Below are positions 11,783 to 23,770 of a stretch of 64,000 bases of DNA, one piece after another (position 1 is the stretch's first letter; each line of letters starts with the position of its first letter). The stretch spans positions 12,152,001 to 12,216,000 of the forward strand of contig NW_027361759.1 in assembly GCF_039654945.1 (NCBI RefSeq). The letters are read 5' to 3'. The notes beneath the pieces were generated by a model. That model saw nothing but the letters and a program-made list of their open reading frames with translations. It was not told the DNA's origin and did no database searches. The translations under genes were made by a program, and so were the position numbers. The stretch comes from Dendrobates tinctorius (taxonomy: Eukaryota).

Positions 11783-12454
11783 ATGGCCTGGGTTGCAGGG
11801 AGGTTAGCAACCTGGGAGTACTTATCACCTCTGTGGGTAGGACACAGTTTTTTCTACCAGCTGTAATCCACCTGGGTGGAATTAGAGTGGACGTGTCTGC
11901 ATTTCTGCACAGTAGGCCGTGTTTAATTTGATCAACGCTAGGTTCGACCAGGTCCAAAGATACATTTCACATTGTCTTTCTAGACCCATACACATAATCG
12001 CTATCGACTCTGCTCCCTTGAGACAGGGGCATTTTGCTAAAGTCGCCCGAGACTTACAGCTTCAGGTGAAGCCATGCACTCTGAGGTGTTAGACTGTTAC
12101 GTGCTAGAGAGTCTGCCCTCACCTGTGGTACTGGCACTACCTTGGCTCACTCTGCACAATCCTGTAGTAGATTGGCAGACCCAGGAAGTAGTAAAATGGA
12201 GTGTGTATTGTCAAGGACACTGCTTGGGTACCAGGTTTGCTAGGGTGGATACCCAGTCTGTGCCTAGTTACCTGACGGATTTTGGGGATGTGTTCTCAGA
12301 GCAGGGATGCCAAGAAGTCCCTCCCTATCGTCCTCATGATTGTGCAATTAATCTCGTTCCTGGTGCCAAGCTGCCTAAGAGCAGACTCTATAATATCTCT
12401 GGTCCAGAGAGACAGGCCATGAAGAACTACATTGGCAAAGCCTGGCTAAGGATG

Positions 12455-12847
12455 GCTTGTTTCACCTGCATGGAGAGCTCCTTTGACTGCATGTTTTCTT
12501 CACAGCAAAACCTTCCAAATGCAAGCACCACACCTCAAATCAACTCCAGGCCTTTTATCTGCTTAATTGAGAATGACATAACGAAGGGATTGCCTACACC
12601 TGTCCATGAAATAGCCTTGGAGTCAATTGTTCAATCTTTTGGTCCCTTTAAAAACAGGGTGGCACATGTTAAGGAGCTGAAACTCCTAAACCCTTCATCC
12701 AATTTTAATGTGGATACCCTCAAATGAAAGCTGAAAGTCTGAACTTCAACTGCATCTGAATTGTTTTGTTTAAAATTCATTGTGGTAATGTCTAGAACCA
12801 AAAGTAGGAAAATGTTGTCTCTGTCCAAATATATATGGACCTAACTG
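12455..12847. mobile_element. Tc1-like terminal fragment replacing the Gypsy RT/RNase H region
   Basis: Ends TGTCCAAATATATATGGACCTAACTG + TA; Gypsy sequence resumes at the post-RNase H linker. Confidence 0.65.
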
Positions 12848-12987
12848 TATTCTTCAAAAAGGGGTGGTTATGGTGTCAATATGCTCCGATCTGGAAAAAG
12901 AGGTTGTTGACGCTCAGGGGGATGCACCTTCTGCCTGTCCACTTGGTAAACTATTTGTTCCTGTTAAGCTCCGTCCTAGAGTCCTTA

Positions 12988-13581
12988 GGGCCCCGTCACA
13001 CATAGCGACTCACCAGCGATCCCAACAACGATATCAACTTGTCAGGATCGCTGGTGAGTCGCTACATGATCGCTGGTGAGCTGTCAAACAGACAGCTTCA
13101 CCAGCGATCAGCACCAGCGACGCCAAGCACGCGGCGTCGCTGTGTACTTTAGTTACCAGCACGCTGATGCAGGGAGCTGGTAACTAAGGTACACATCGGG
13201 TTTCTAAGGGGCGTGCGTCACTTAGAAACCCGAAGTGTACCTTGGTTACCAGCTCCCTGCATCAGCGCGCTGGTAACTAAGGTACACATCAGGTTTCTAA
13301 GCACCGCCCGGTGCTTAGAAACCCTGCGTTTACCTTAGTTACCAGCGCGCTGATCGCTGGTCTCCTGCCTGTCACACACAGTGATGCATGCTGGCCAGCG
13401 GGAGACCAGCGATCAAAAAAATGTCCTGGCTATTCCAGGACGATCAGCGATAACCGGCAGGGGGGCCGGTCGCTGGTCAGTGTCACACACAGCGATCTCG
13501 ATGGTGAGATCGCTGTTGCGTCACAAAACTTGTGACTCAGCAGCGATCTCGCTAGCGAGATCACTAAGTGTGACGGGGGCT
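12988..13581. mobile_element. PIF/Harbinger MITE (palindromic)
   Basis: TIR GGGCCCCGTCACAC / GTGTGACGGGGGCT with TTA TSD. Removal restores the integrase frame VL..HHDSVLAGHPG. Confidence 0.85.
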
Positions 13582-14216
13582 TTAGCTAACATCATGATTC
13601 AGTGTTGGCCGGACATCCTGGTAATAAAGCCACCGCTGATCTTCTTAATCGGCATTTTTGGTGCCAGGTGCTCATCAGGGTGTCCAGGTGTATGTAGCCA
13701 CTTGCAGTTCTGTGCGCATTCTAAGACCTCTCATACTCACCGGTCGAGGTCTCTCCAACCGTTGGAGATTCCCAGTAGACCTTGGACTCACTTGTCAGTC
13801 AATTTTATCACAGATCTTCCCGTGTTGGTAGTGAATACTGTAATACTGGTGGTGGCAGATAGATTCAGTAAAATGTCTCATTTTATCGCATTACCAGCTT
13901 TACTGAACGCCAAATTCTTGGCGCAAGTTTTTGGCAGGGAAATAACTAGATTACATGGGATCCCAACCGATATTGTTTCTGATCAGGTGGTGCAGTTTGT
14001 CTCCAATTTTTGGAGGGCCTTTTGCACCCACGTAGGGATGCCGTTGTCATTTTCTTCTGCATTTCACCCACAGTCTAATAGGCAGACTGAACGAGTTAAC
14101 CAGAATCTAGAGACGTGTCTCAGGTGTTTTGTATCTGAAAATCTGGAGGACTAGGTTACCTATTTACCGTTAGCTGAATTTGCTGTAAATAATCATTGTC
14201 AGGAATCAACCGTTAA

Positions 14217-14620
14217 GGGTATGTTTGTACTAGGCGTCCTTGCAGCGCTTTGGACGCAGTGGTGACCTCGCACCGCCCAATGCGCCACCCCCTTCTTTAC
14301 ACGCGGTGATTCCGGAAGTGTTCATTGAACACATCCGGAATCGCCGCATCGTATACAAAGAGTAGGCTATTTACCTTGCAGAGACTGAGCATCTCCGCAA
14401 GGTAAACAGACATGCTGCTGTCTAAAAAGACGTGCCGCATGATCGGAAACTCAGGGCAGCTGGATGCGTGTTCGCACGCTTAGTGGAGAAGGGATTTCAT
14501 AAAATCTCCTCCACTATACTGTAACATCTGGACGCTGCGGATTAAACGCTGTGGCTGTACGCAGTGTTCAATCCGCAGCAAATCCGGATGTAGTACGCCA
14601 CATGGAAACATACTGTACCC
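14217..14620. mobile_element. PIF/Harbinger MITE
   Basis: GGGTATGTTT...AAACATAC(TGTA)CCC with TAA TSD. Removal restores integrase QESTVKSQF. Confidence 0.8.
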
Positions 14621-16552
14621 TAAGTCACAGTTTTCAGGGTATATGGATAACATCCTCACTTAAGTTAATTTAATAGTTATCATCCTTCTGGATTACCAGA
14701 AGAGAAATGGTTTTCATCTCCCATAACTACCATATGGCAGGGGGTTACAAATAATTTGAGGAAGATGAGATCCAAATATAAGAGTGTAGCTGATCTGCGA
14801 TGTTTGGTGGGTCCGGACTTGTGTGATGGTGACTTGGTGTGGCTGTCCTCTAGGAACATTGAGCTGAGGGTTTTGTCTTGGAAACTGGATCCTAGGTTTA
14901 TCGGTCCTTTTAATGATCGTAGCCATCGTCAATCCCATAGCATTTCGCTTTGCTTTACCACAACTTTTAGGATTCATAATATATTTCACGGACCTCTCCT
15001 CAAAAAATACATTGCATGTTCAGTGCCATCACCTCTACCACCATCTCCTGTCATGGTTAATGGAAACTTGAAGTTTCAGATTGCGAAGATCTTGGATTCT
15101 CATCTTGTTCGTCAGTCGCTTCAGTATCTGGTACATTGGAGAGGGTATGGTCCTGACTAGAGAATGTGGGTACCAGCATTGATGTTCATGCAGCGAGACT
15201 GGTCCGGTCTTTTCACATGGCACACCCTCAATAAGCCTGGTCCTAAGGTCCCTTGTAGAAGGGGAGTTCTCTCACGGGGTTACCGCGAGCCAGAAGACCG
15301 CAGGGCCTGATTGCTCCTACTCTGGCACTGAGAAGAAGCAATTCTCCTTCATTTTAATGGTGTTTATTCCTTCTAGCAGAACAGGGGTTAATTGGTCATG
15401 TTGGAAATCTCTGAGCTCACAGCTGAGCTCAGTTAGCTACTGCTTTCCCCTTTATAATCTGGGCTCTGATACAAATTCTTGACAGAACTAGCACTTGCTG
15501 CATGGCTTCAGGAGGGAGAGATGTTCATTTTAGAAGGAGTGTTGGAGGAAGTTATCTGTGACTGTTGCTAGGTTTGTGAGTGTGGTAATTCCTTATCCTT
15601 CTTTATTTTGGTTTATTCCCCTATCTTCACTCCCCGGTGTATTCCTGTATTATATGTGAGTGAAGATTTTAAATGCCTGGAGTTTTCTGTTAACCCTTGT
15701 TTGTGTTGCCATATTTGTTGAGTTGGTGAACTACGATGCATAGTAGCACCCCTCTTCCCTGGGTGGGGGAAGAGAACAGATGGTGGATTAATTCAGGAGT
15801 TAAGGCAAGGGTGGAGGCCCCCTGCATCTTCACCTGCAGAAGTTTCCTGGAGCCTAGAGCAAGCTAGGCTAGGGCACCCCCTAGTGTTAGGGTCAGGGAA
15901 GGAGCCCCTGGTCCCAGGTCACCCGACAGCTGTGTCGTGACAATTGGGTCCAGGTCTTGATATGGGCTAGGCCACTCCGGGACCTTTAAATACTTCTTAC
16001 AGAGGCACTCCTTAGTTGCACTGGCTGTGTGTTTCGGGTCATTGTCATGTTGAAACACCCAGCCATGACCCATCTTCAAAGCTTTTACGGAGGGAAAGCA
16101 GTTGTGGGCCAAAATCTTGTGCTACATGACCCCATCCATCCTGCCTTCAATACTGTGCAGTCATCCTGTCCCCTTTGCAGAAAATCACCCGTAAAGTATG
16201 ATGTTTCCCCCACCATGCTACATAGACCATTGAGCTATACCATTACACCTGATGAAGCCATATTCCTGAGTGGAGATACGCTTGCGGTCTCTGTATCCTT
16301 GTCTGTATATCTCCACAGGTTACCGTTTAGTGTTAATATTTTTTCTCTTGGGCATATGTGTTTTTCTGTCATGTACAGACTTTATATACACATTTGTTTC
16401 ACTTTTGTGCCAGCTGTCTATGCTTTTACAAGTCATCATTATATGGGACTTCATAGTTGTTATCTATCTACAGTTGCATCTGGTGCTGTATATATTAGAT
16501 GTACAATTGCATTTTAAATGCACTTTATCTGATATCTAGTTTTTTATATAAG

Positions 16553-16870
16553 ACTAGCTGAAGAGCTCGGCGCTGCCCGGGCATAGTGACTAACTACGGT
16601 TAGTTATAACAAATTATAATGATTATATATATATATATATATATATAAAGCTGAGTGTATAGCACCGCCCACTCTGCATAGCCACATTCACTATAATATC
16701 CCACATAATCCCGTCAGCCAGAGCCACCAGACTACTACTCCTAATATCCCACATCGTCCCGTCAGACAGAGCCACCGGACTACTACCCCTAAAATCCCAC
16801 ATCGTCCCATCAGCCAGAGCCACCGGACTACTACCCCTAATATCCCACATCATCCCGTCAGAGCCAGTAA
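16553..16870. repeat. Helitron-like termini and a 48-bp minisatellite (~16690-16865)
   Basis: Minus-strand hairpin + CTAG|T at 16553. Plus-strand ATATATAAAGCTGAGTGT resembles the Helitron 5' end at 37349. About four CTAATATCCCACATCGTCCCGTCAG units. Confidence 0.5.
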
Positions 16871-17964
16871 AAGTAGAATAGTGAAATTGCACAGAAACAT
16901 GGTTCACTAAGATCCCAGGTTTTCTACTGATCAGGCTGATATTCTCACTTATCTGCCACCATAAATATCACAGTCATGCTTTTCATCAATGGACAGGCAC
17001 AAACCTTATACATTAGTACAGTAGAGAAACCTTCACACACATTTTCATGCACCGTCAACTTGTAATTTGTCCGGCTGAGTTGCTCATGTATGTACAGCAT
17101 CTGTATGCAGTATAGTATCATATTTAATGGGTTGTTATGGGAAAAGCATTACGTGTTATATGGGTATATTCAGGTGAATTATGTGGAAGGTAGTACTTTA
17201 ATTTTTATATATAGAGATATATATTTATATCTCTTGGGCATTTTATTTATAAGTATTTTGTTGATATTCCATTTAGGCTATTTTAGCAACAGGACTTTCT
17301 TCCTCATTCTGCAACTTAGTACAGCAATTATAGCTTATTTCTCTTAGCAGCACATTATTATTTGCATTATTATGTATGTGTAATCTTTTTTAGTATTTAT
17401 TTGATAATGATTAACTATTTAAAATCTTACAGACTCAATGATTAGACCCAGCACTATAGTGTTGTGTGGTCATGTATATTTTAGGCATAGCCATATGTGC
17501 TTTTTAACTGTTTTTAAATGTTTTGCTTGGGTTGTTTGTTAATAAATTGTTATATATTTTCAGTGATATTTGTCTTTACATAATTCTTTCCCTCACATAC
17601 AGTAGGCAAAGTGGTTGGCAGCATGCTTGTGTCACGGAGGTGGCTGGACTCGGTGATGTGAATCCTGGGAAGTCTGTACCAGTAGCACTAGTTTACTGAG
17701 TAGTTTGAGTGGATTCCAGATCCTGGATTTAGGAGTGACCAAACAGCCTGGGTGTGAAAGGTCGCTCCCATACTCCAGTTTGGGCTTTACAGGCCTAATA
17801 AAAGGCAGCTGAGACAGTTCAGAATGTGTTCTGTGCTTGGAGGTGAGCGGTGAACAGATGTGTTGGTGTAAACGCAAATAAATGCCACTTTGTTTTTGCA
17901 CCGACACCTGTCTCTATGCTAAAATTAGTGCCTGCTTCTGAGTTAAACCTCCACATTATGTGTG

Positions 17965-18215
17965 TGTAAAACCTTTGAAAAATCCATCTGCAGATATTTC
18001 TTGGCCCTGTCTTGATGTTTCAATTTCCGTGTCTTAATCAGTGGTCGTTGGGTTTCTGCCTTCTTTACCGTGGCCATGTCTCTGAGGATTGAATACCTTA
18101 CACTTCTGGGCACTCCAGGGAGGTTGCAGTTCTGGGATATGACAGCACTGGAAGAAAATGGGTTCCTGGTCACTTCATGTTTTATTCTTCTCAAATCTTT
18201 GCCTGTTAATGTGCT
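17965..18215 (-). pseudogene. Tc1-like transposase fragment (HTH region)
   Basis: DLRRIKHEVTRNP..AKKYLQMDFSKVL. Confidence 0.6.
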
Positions 18216-19456
18216 TTTTTTACACAGCTCAAATTGGAGAATATGCATAAAAATGATAATGTCAAAATAGTCAGGTTTTAATTCACTTGAAACGTGTTGG
18301 TTTTACTTTGTTTTTAATATTTCTATTATGTGCATATTGATGATAAATGATCTTTTATCCTGAGTGCTAGACCGCTTCTACTTTATCCACTTCATTGTAA
18401 AGAGCCACATATTAATAATAAAAGACACCAGTAATGTGTAAGCACACACAATACCTTTACTAACATTATGCTAAAACAAAGTGATAGTTCACTTGCACAA
18501 AGTAATTATCTCTAACATCTAAATGAGTACAAGCATTTATGATAGACTTATGCAAATGAACAAAACAACGATAAACATAATTCATCAACGACTGAATTAA
18601 ATATACCTGCATAAAAATTGAAATGATCTACTGTACAAATGCATTGAAGTTTACGTACAGCCGTGTTCAGTACAAAGATCATCAGATGCGAGAAGAAAGC
18701 GTACCTCCACATGTTCTTATATATAAATTGATGATATTCTGCCCACAAGCAACAGACACTTAAGAATTTAAAGAATTAAGAATTACAGCTAAGGTTCTGT
18801 GCCGTTTGTGTTCAAGCCTTTGTCAGAAGTTTGTGTGGAAGGTTTGCCGACTTATAATTCTAACAAAGGGCTTGTATAAATGGCATTGTATAGGCATACA
18901 GTGGCATACATAGCCCTTTGACAACTGTGAAAGAAACATAACGCATGTACATAAAGCGGTTCACAGTATGGGAAAACACAATCTGCTAGACTTTCTTATC
19001 TAGCTGAAAAATAATATGTATTCCACCCCGACAAAGGGACACGCTTTTGGTTTCCATATTTTGAGAACAGCTTAACATGTAAATTCTACAGAAATTAATT
19101 ACTGATAAATCTGTCGTGCCAAATGATTTTTTTAATGTACATTTTCTGTTATTAGTTGACTATTCATGATCTTTTAATGGGGGTCAATGCAGCTTATTTC
19201 CTATACTTCTGACAAATATCTCCTAGCCGTGGAGAGTTTTAGCAAAAATAGTAGCTTTCTTTCAATTGCCATGGGTAGGCAAGTTTGTCCAAGATTAGAA
19301 AAAAATTACGTCTTTTGTATTTTTTTTTACAGGAACATGGAGTCACTCTTGTTCATTCAGTGTGTCTGGCATTTGCGCCTCAGTCTCATGAATAGAATGG
19401 CACTGTTTCAGAGAGAAAAAATGTTTTTATTTGTAATGTTAACTTGTTTTCCCTTA

Positions 19457-19770
19457 GGCTGGTTTCACACTAGCGTTTTTTAGCGCAGCGCATCGTGCGC
19501 GTCCATGCGCATGCGCCATTATCCCCTATGTTTAACATGGGGGTGCATGGTCTACCGTTTGCACGCGTTTGTATGCGTTTTTGTGCGCATGCGTTTTTTT
19601 GTAGTGTGCGCCTAGGCGCGCCGGACGCAACCTGTTGCATTTTTGGTCCGTCCAACCTGTGTCAAAAAAACTTACGAGCACGGAATGCGCCAATAAATCA
19701 CATTACAGTCTATGGGAATGCAGGCATGCGCATGGACGTGTGCATGCCTGCGTTTAAAATTGCATGTGAT
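19457..19770. mobile_element. Truncated Harbinger MITE
   Basis: TTA + GGCTGGTTTCACAC terminus with a TGCG/CGCA-rich palindromic interior. Confidence 0.55.
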
Positions 19771-20469
19771 TTAAGAGTTAACATGGCTAGAAACTGGTTA
19801 AAACGCATGGTGGTAGCATTCCTAGTCAATCTGTAGATTGTAGGTTTAGAAGCTTTTAATACTCTATTCTTCCCAGAAAGAAAAGGTGCACAAATTATCC
19901 TCCCTCTGGAGACATTGAGATCTGGGATGGGAAATCCTTAAAAATCAAGAAATATCCAAGAGGCTAGTCTTCCAATTTTTTCAAAAAGCAAGGTGAAATA
20001 TCAGCAGAGATATTATTTCATTATTGTTAGTTAATGTAAATAAACTATAGGAACCAAAAAGCGCAATAGGGTCTTATCCGGATAATTATTGAAAAGAAGT
20101 AACAGGAATACACTCACCCTTTCCAGGAGAGGTTTAAACATATAAGATCCGTGGTCAGCCTGCTGCACGTCCAAAGGTCAACTCCGTGACCGTTAAAACT
20201 TCAGTTTCTTATGGAACAAATTCATGGACTTTAGTGTGCTGCTTGACGGAATAACGACTCCAGGTTATGATGAAAGATTAACCATTTAATACTCAACGCG
20301 TTTTGAAGTATACAACACTATATACACTATGAATGCCGCCTCGTGGACGTGTTCAGAGCAGTTGAGCATTTCTGCTGCACATAGCAGAGCTGGAGCCCTG
20401 CTATGGGTAGAACAAGCGATCAGTAGACTATTGAAGACAGTAAAAAGTGTAAAAAAAAGTTTTAAAAAA

Positions 20470-21211
20470 TATTTAACATTTTTTAAAAAATATATAAGTA
20501 CAAATCAAACCCTCTTTCCCCATTCAAAATAAAACAATTAAAAGATAAAAAAATACACATATTTGGTATTGCTGCATTCAGAATCGCCCAATCTTTCAAA
20601 ATATAAAAATAATAAATCTGATTAGTCAACACCGTAACAAGAAAAAAATCAAAATGCCAGAATTAGATTTTTTTGGTCTATGCAACATTGCAATAAATTT
20701 CAATAATAGGCGATTAAAACATTTTATCTACCGCAAAATATCATCAATAAAAACGGCATGAAAAAAAAGCCCTCACCCAGTCCCAGATCCAAAAAAATGG
20801 AGATGCTACAGGTTTTGAAAAGTGAAACATTTTTATTTTATTTTTTTTTACAAACATTGGATTTTTTTTTCACCTATTAAATAAAAAAGAATCTATATAT
20901 GTTTGGTATCTGCAAACTCATAATAACCTGGAGAATCATAATGGCAGGTCAGTTTCAGCATTAAGTGAACATGGTAAAAAAAAAAAAATTGTGTAATTGC
21001 ACTTTTTTTTGCAATTTCATCACACTTGGAATTTTTTTCCCATTGTCCAGTACATTATATTGTAAATTAAATAGTGTCATTCAAAAGTATAACTCGGTCT
21101 GCAAAAAACAATCCCTCACAGCCATAGTGACGGAAAAATAAAAAGGTTTTGGCTCTAGGAAAAAGGGGAGCAAAAAGCGAAAAAATGGAAAATGGCCTGG
21201 GGGGGTGAAGG
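20470..21211. mobile_element. Fragment of a TTAA-type non-autonomous element related to 55240-55900
   Basis: Shared ACACATATTTGGTAT motif; end-like GGCCTGGGGGGGTGAAGG. Confidence 0.4.
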
Positions 21212-21532
21212 CGACAAAGATTAAAACGTTAATAATTTTGGTCCTTCTATTCTCTAAAAAATCCATAGACTTTCAGAGATCGTTAGATCTTTGACTGTCG
21301 GACAACCGTTTGTATTTTGGAGACTCCTCACCCATTTGATGAGTGGTGGCTGTTTATCTGTATCTGGGATGTGTGGACAGTGTTCGGGTAGGATTAATGC
21401 TCAATTTTCAGCTTAAACTGTATGGTGAGTGAAAGACCAAGTGAGTGGTTCCATCGACGTTATGTGCTGAGAAGTGTGTAAGTGATATGCATAAACCTAC
21501 ATTGCATATCTATATTAGTAGCGTTAGGCTTA

Positions 21533-21690
21533 GGCCAAGGGTCACACTTGCGCGAAACTCTTGCGATTCTCTCATTCAGTTGCATAGAAAGACATGCACT
21601 CCGGTCCTGAGTGCCAGCGGCAGTGCTGGGTATTGAGGTGAGAGACTTGCGTGAGTTTCTTGCATTGCATTTGCAAGTGTGACCCCAGCC
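21533..21690. mobile_element. Small Harbinger MITE
   Basis: GG..GGGTCACACTTGC / GCAAGTGTGACCCCAGCC with TTA TSD. Confidence 0.75.
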
Positions 21691-23127
21691 TTAAGGTAAA
21701 ATGCTTTAAAGGGAACGTGTCACCAGCAAAAACTCTATTAACTTGCAGGTATAGGCTTAATCTGCAGGTTAAGAGCGTTATTAACCTGCCCAGTTTCTGC
21801 ATGTAGCTGAACGCTGTGTGGAGAAAATGAATTTTAGTCCCCCAGTAGTATTTGGTTTAAGTCACGGAGGCAGCACCGCTGCTGGTTAAGTCACTGCTCT
21901 GAGAGTACAGAGAAACAGCTGTAACTGTGCCTAAGCACTGACTGACAACAGGACCTAATGTAGAGTGAGTGTCAGTCAATGCCACCACCGATAACAGATA
22001 ATATAACAAATCTCCAAACCATAATTAATCAATTTGTAGTGGCACAAATACCACCTTTTCTAACAAAATGCATTGAAGCAGAAACTCATAAGCATAACCA
22101 TGAAAAAACGTAGGAGTAGAGTCTGTGCTAATTTATAAAAATACAAAATTTTATTAATCATAAAGTATGACATAAAATATCAATATATGCAAAACACACA
22201 CAATATCATAAACATTAGATGAGCAGAGAAAGTGAAAAGAGGGTAAATATATATCATTCAGTGACCTAAATACCTTAGATCGTAGCATGGGTGACCTGCT
22301 ATTACAATGAGAGCATGTGGGGCAGAGGAACTGCTAATAGTCATGCCTACGGTACATAGATGATGTGTTCATCATCTGGCAGGGTACTGAACAACAGTTA
22401 CATGGGTTTATGGAGAGGTTAAATCAAAATCCTCTCAACATTAGACTAACGTACACTTTCAGTAAGACCGAGGTTGATTTTCTAGATATTAAGATACTCG
22501 TGGATGAATATTTTCAGTTACAGACAGACATATACCGTAAACCCACCTCGGTAAATTCACTATTACACGCTAGTTCCTGTCATCCAGAGGCCACCATTAG
22601 GGCCATCCCAGTAGGACAATTCCTTAGATTGAGGAGGGTATGTTCATCTGACCCTAGGTTTGAAGTTCAAACCACGGATCTTAAAAACAGATTCAGGATG
22701 CGGGGATACAGTAATAGAAATGTAAAACATGGATATGAGAGGGCAAAGAGGAGTCAGCGCACGTCCCTTCTGCACTCTAAGAATAGGACAAGCAAACAAA
22801 ATGATGATTAATTATGGTTTGGAGATTTGTTATATTATCTCTATTTTCTGTGTTTCTCACAGCTATTGTCTCCAAAAACCCTATGGACTATAAAGCACGT
22901 GAGCAGATGTGGCAGACACGTATTAATGAGGTCTTTAGTGACCAACCCAAAGTATCAGTAGCAAGTGGTGGTAAAGATACACAGGAGTTGACTTAGAGGC
23001 TAAAGAGCCTGCTAAACAACCGAATGAGAATTTGGTGGAATCGAGCGTTCTTGAATAAATATATAGAAAGTGGTCTGGTGCCGAAAGGTCTGCGAGTCCA
23101 GGTGTTCCCCTCTTTTGAGGTGGAAGA

Positions 23128-23166
23128 CCCCCTGATGAAGGCTTAGCGCCGAAACGCGCGTCGGGA
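23128..23166 (+). ncRNA. Type I hammerhead ribozyme motif (canonical core)
   Basis: CCCC-CTGATGA-A-GGC ttagc GCC-GAAA-CGCGCG-TC-GGG. Palindromic stem III ACGCGCGT; GUC cleavage triplet at 23160-23162. Confidence 0.8.
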
Positions 23167-23770
23167 CCGGGTTGCTTCCCCAGGAGACCAGGAGAGGTTG
23201 TATATATTTTCACTTATTTTTATTTTTGCACCATTTCTCCTTTCCTGGTCGGTAGACACCTTATTTCACGGTGACACATATAGTGTCCTTTTTTCAGCCT
23301 TACCACATAGATGCACTATTTTGATATATTGATATTTATAGGTTTACTGTGGTAGTGTTTTACACTTATGTTTATGGTTTATAACATACTTTTTGGTGTT
23401 TGTGCACTTTATATTGTTCATTATTCTATATATATTAATATTTATTTTGCTTATTCACTATTTGTTTACACATTTTTGTTACAATTTTATGCTTTATATC
23501 TGGGTAGAAAAATCCCCCCTTTTTTTGTTCAGTATATGTATTACTTATTTTTATGCAATGTTTTTTAACTATTTTTTATAATGACTTAATAAAATATATT
23601 ATCCTTCTGGGACTTTCTGGTCGTTTTTCTCTTTGTAATTTGGTGTTTTCAACACGACTGTCCTTTAAACAGTCCTACACTCTCCAGCGATATATCATTT
23701 TTTATTCTTAGTATTATCTTAATATAATATAAATCTCGCTGTTTCTCCTTATTTTTGTTTTGTTTTTTAT
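23128..23770 (+). mobile_element. Second hammerhead-led pLTR-type insert, inside the PLE ORF
   Basis: AT-rich non-coding block interrupting the ORF after QVFPSFEVED; no TSD seen. Confidence 0.6.

Larger units (their letters stand above)
11783..15230 (+). pseudogene. Gypsy pol remnants (protease, RT start, integrase, chromodomain); most RT/RNase H is missing
   Basis: VVLALPWLTLHNP, PPYRPHDCAINL, RPWTHLSVNFITDLP, IVSDQVVQF, AFHPQSNRQTERVNQ, KILDS..QYLVHWRGYGP. Confidence 0.85.
7784..15942 (+). mobile_element. Ty3/Gypsy chromodomain LTR retrotransposon (Sushi-like), decayed
   Basis: LTRs 7784-8442 and 15270-15942 (TG...CA; 3' LTR start mutated to TC), 5-bp TSD ATTGG, PPT AGAAGGGGAG, gag/PR/IN/chromodomain remnants. 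Confidence 0.93.
7551..16220 (-). mobile_element. Degenerate Tc1 relic split by the Gypsy insertion (pieces 7551-7783 and 15943-16220)
   Basis: CAGTGGGGAAAAAAAGTATTTG TIR. Minus-strand [24 protein letters not shown] continues across the ATTGG TSD. Confidence 0.75.

Noticed and set aside
18548-18770. Possible minus-strand exon (WAEYHQFIYKNMWRY)
   Set aside because: Splice signals are weak and no homology is recognisable; the same applies to unique blocks near 37630-37960 and 44830-45170
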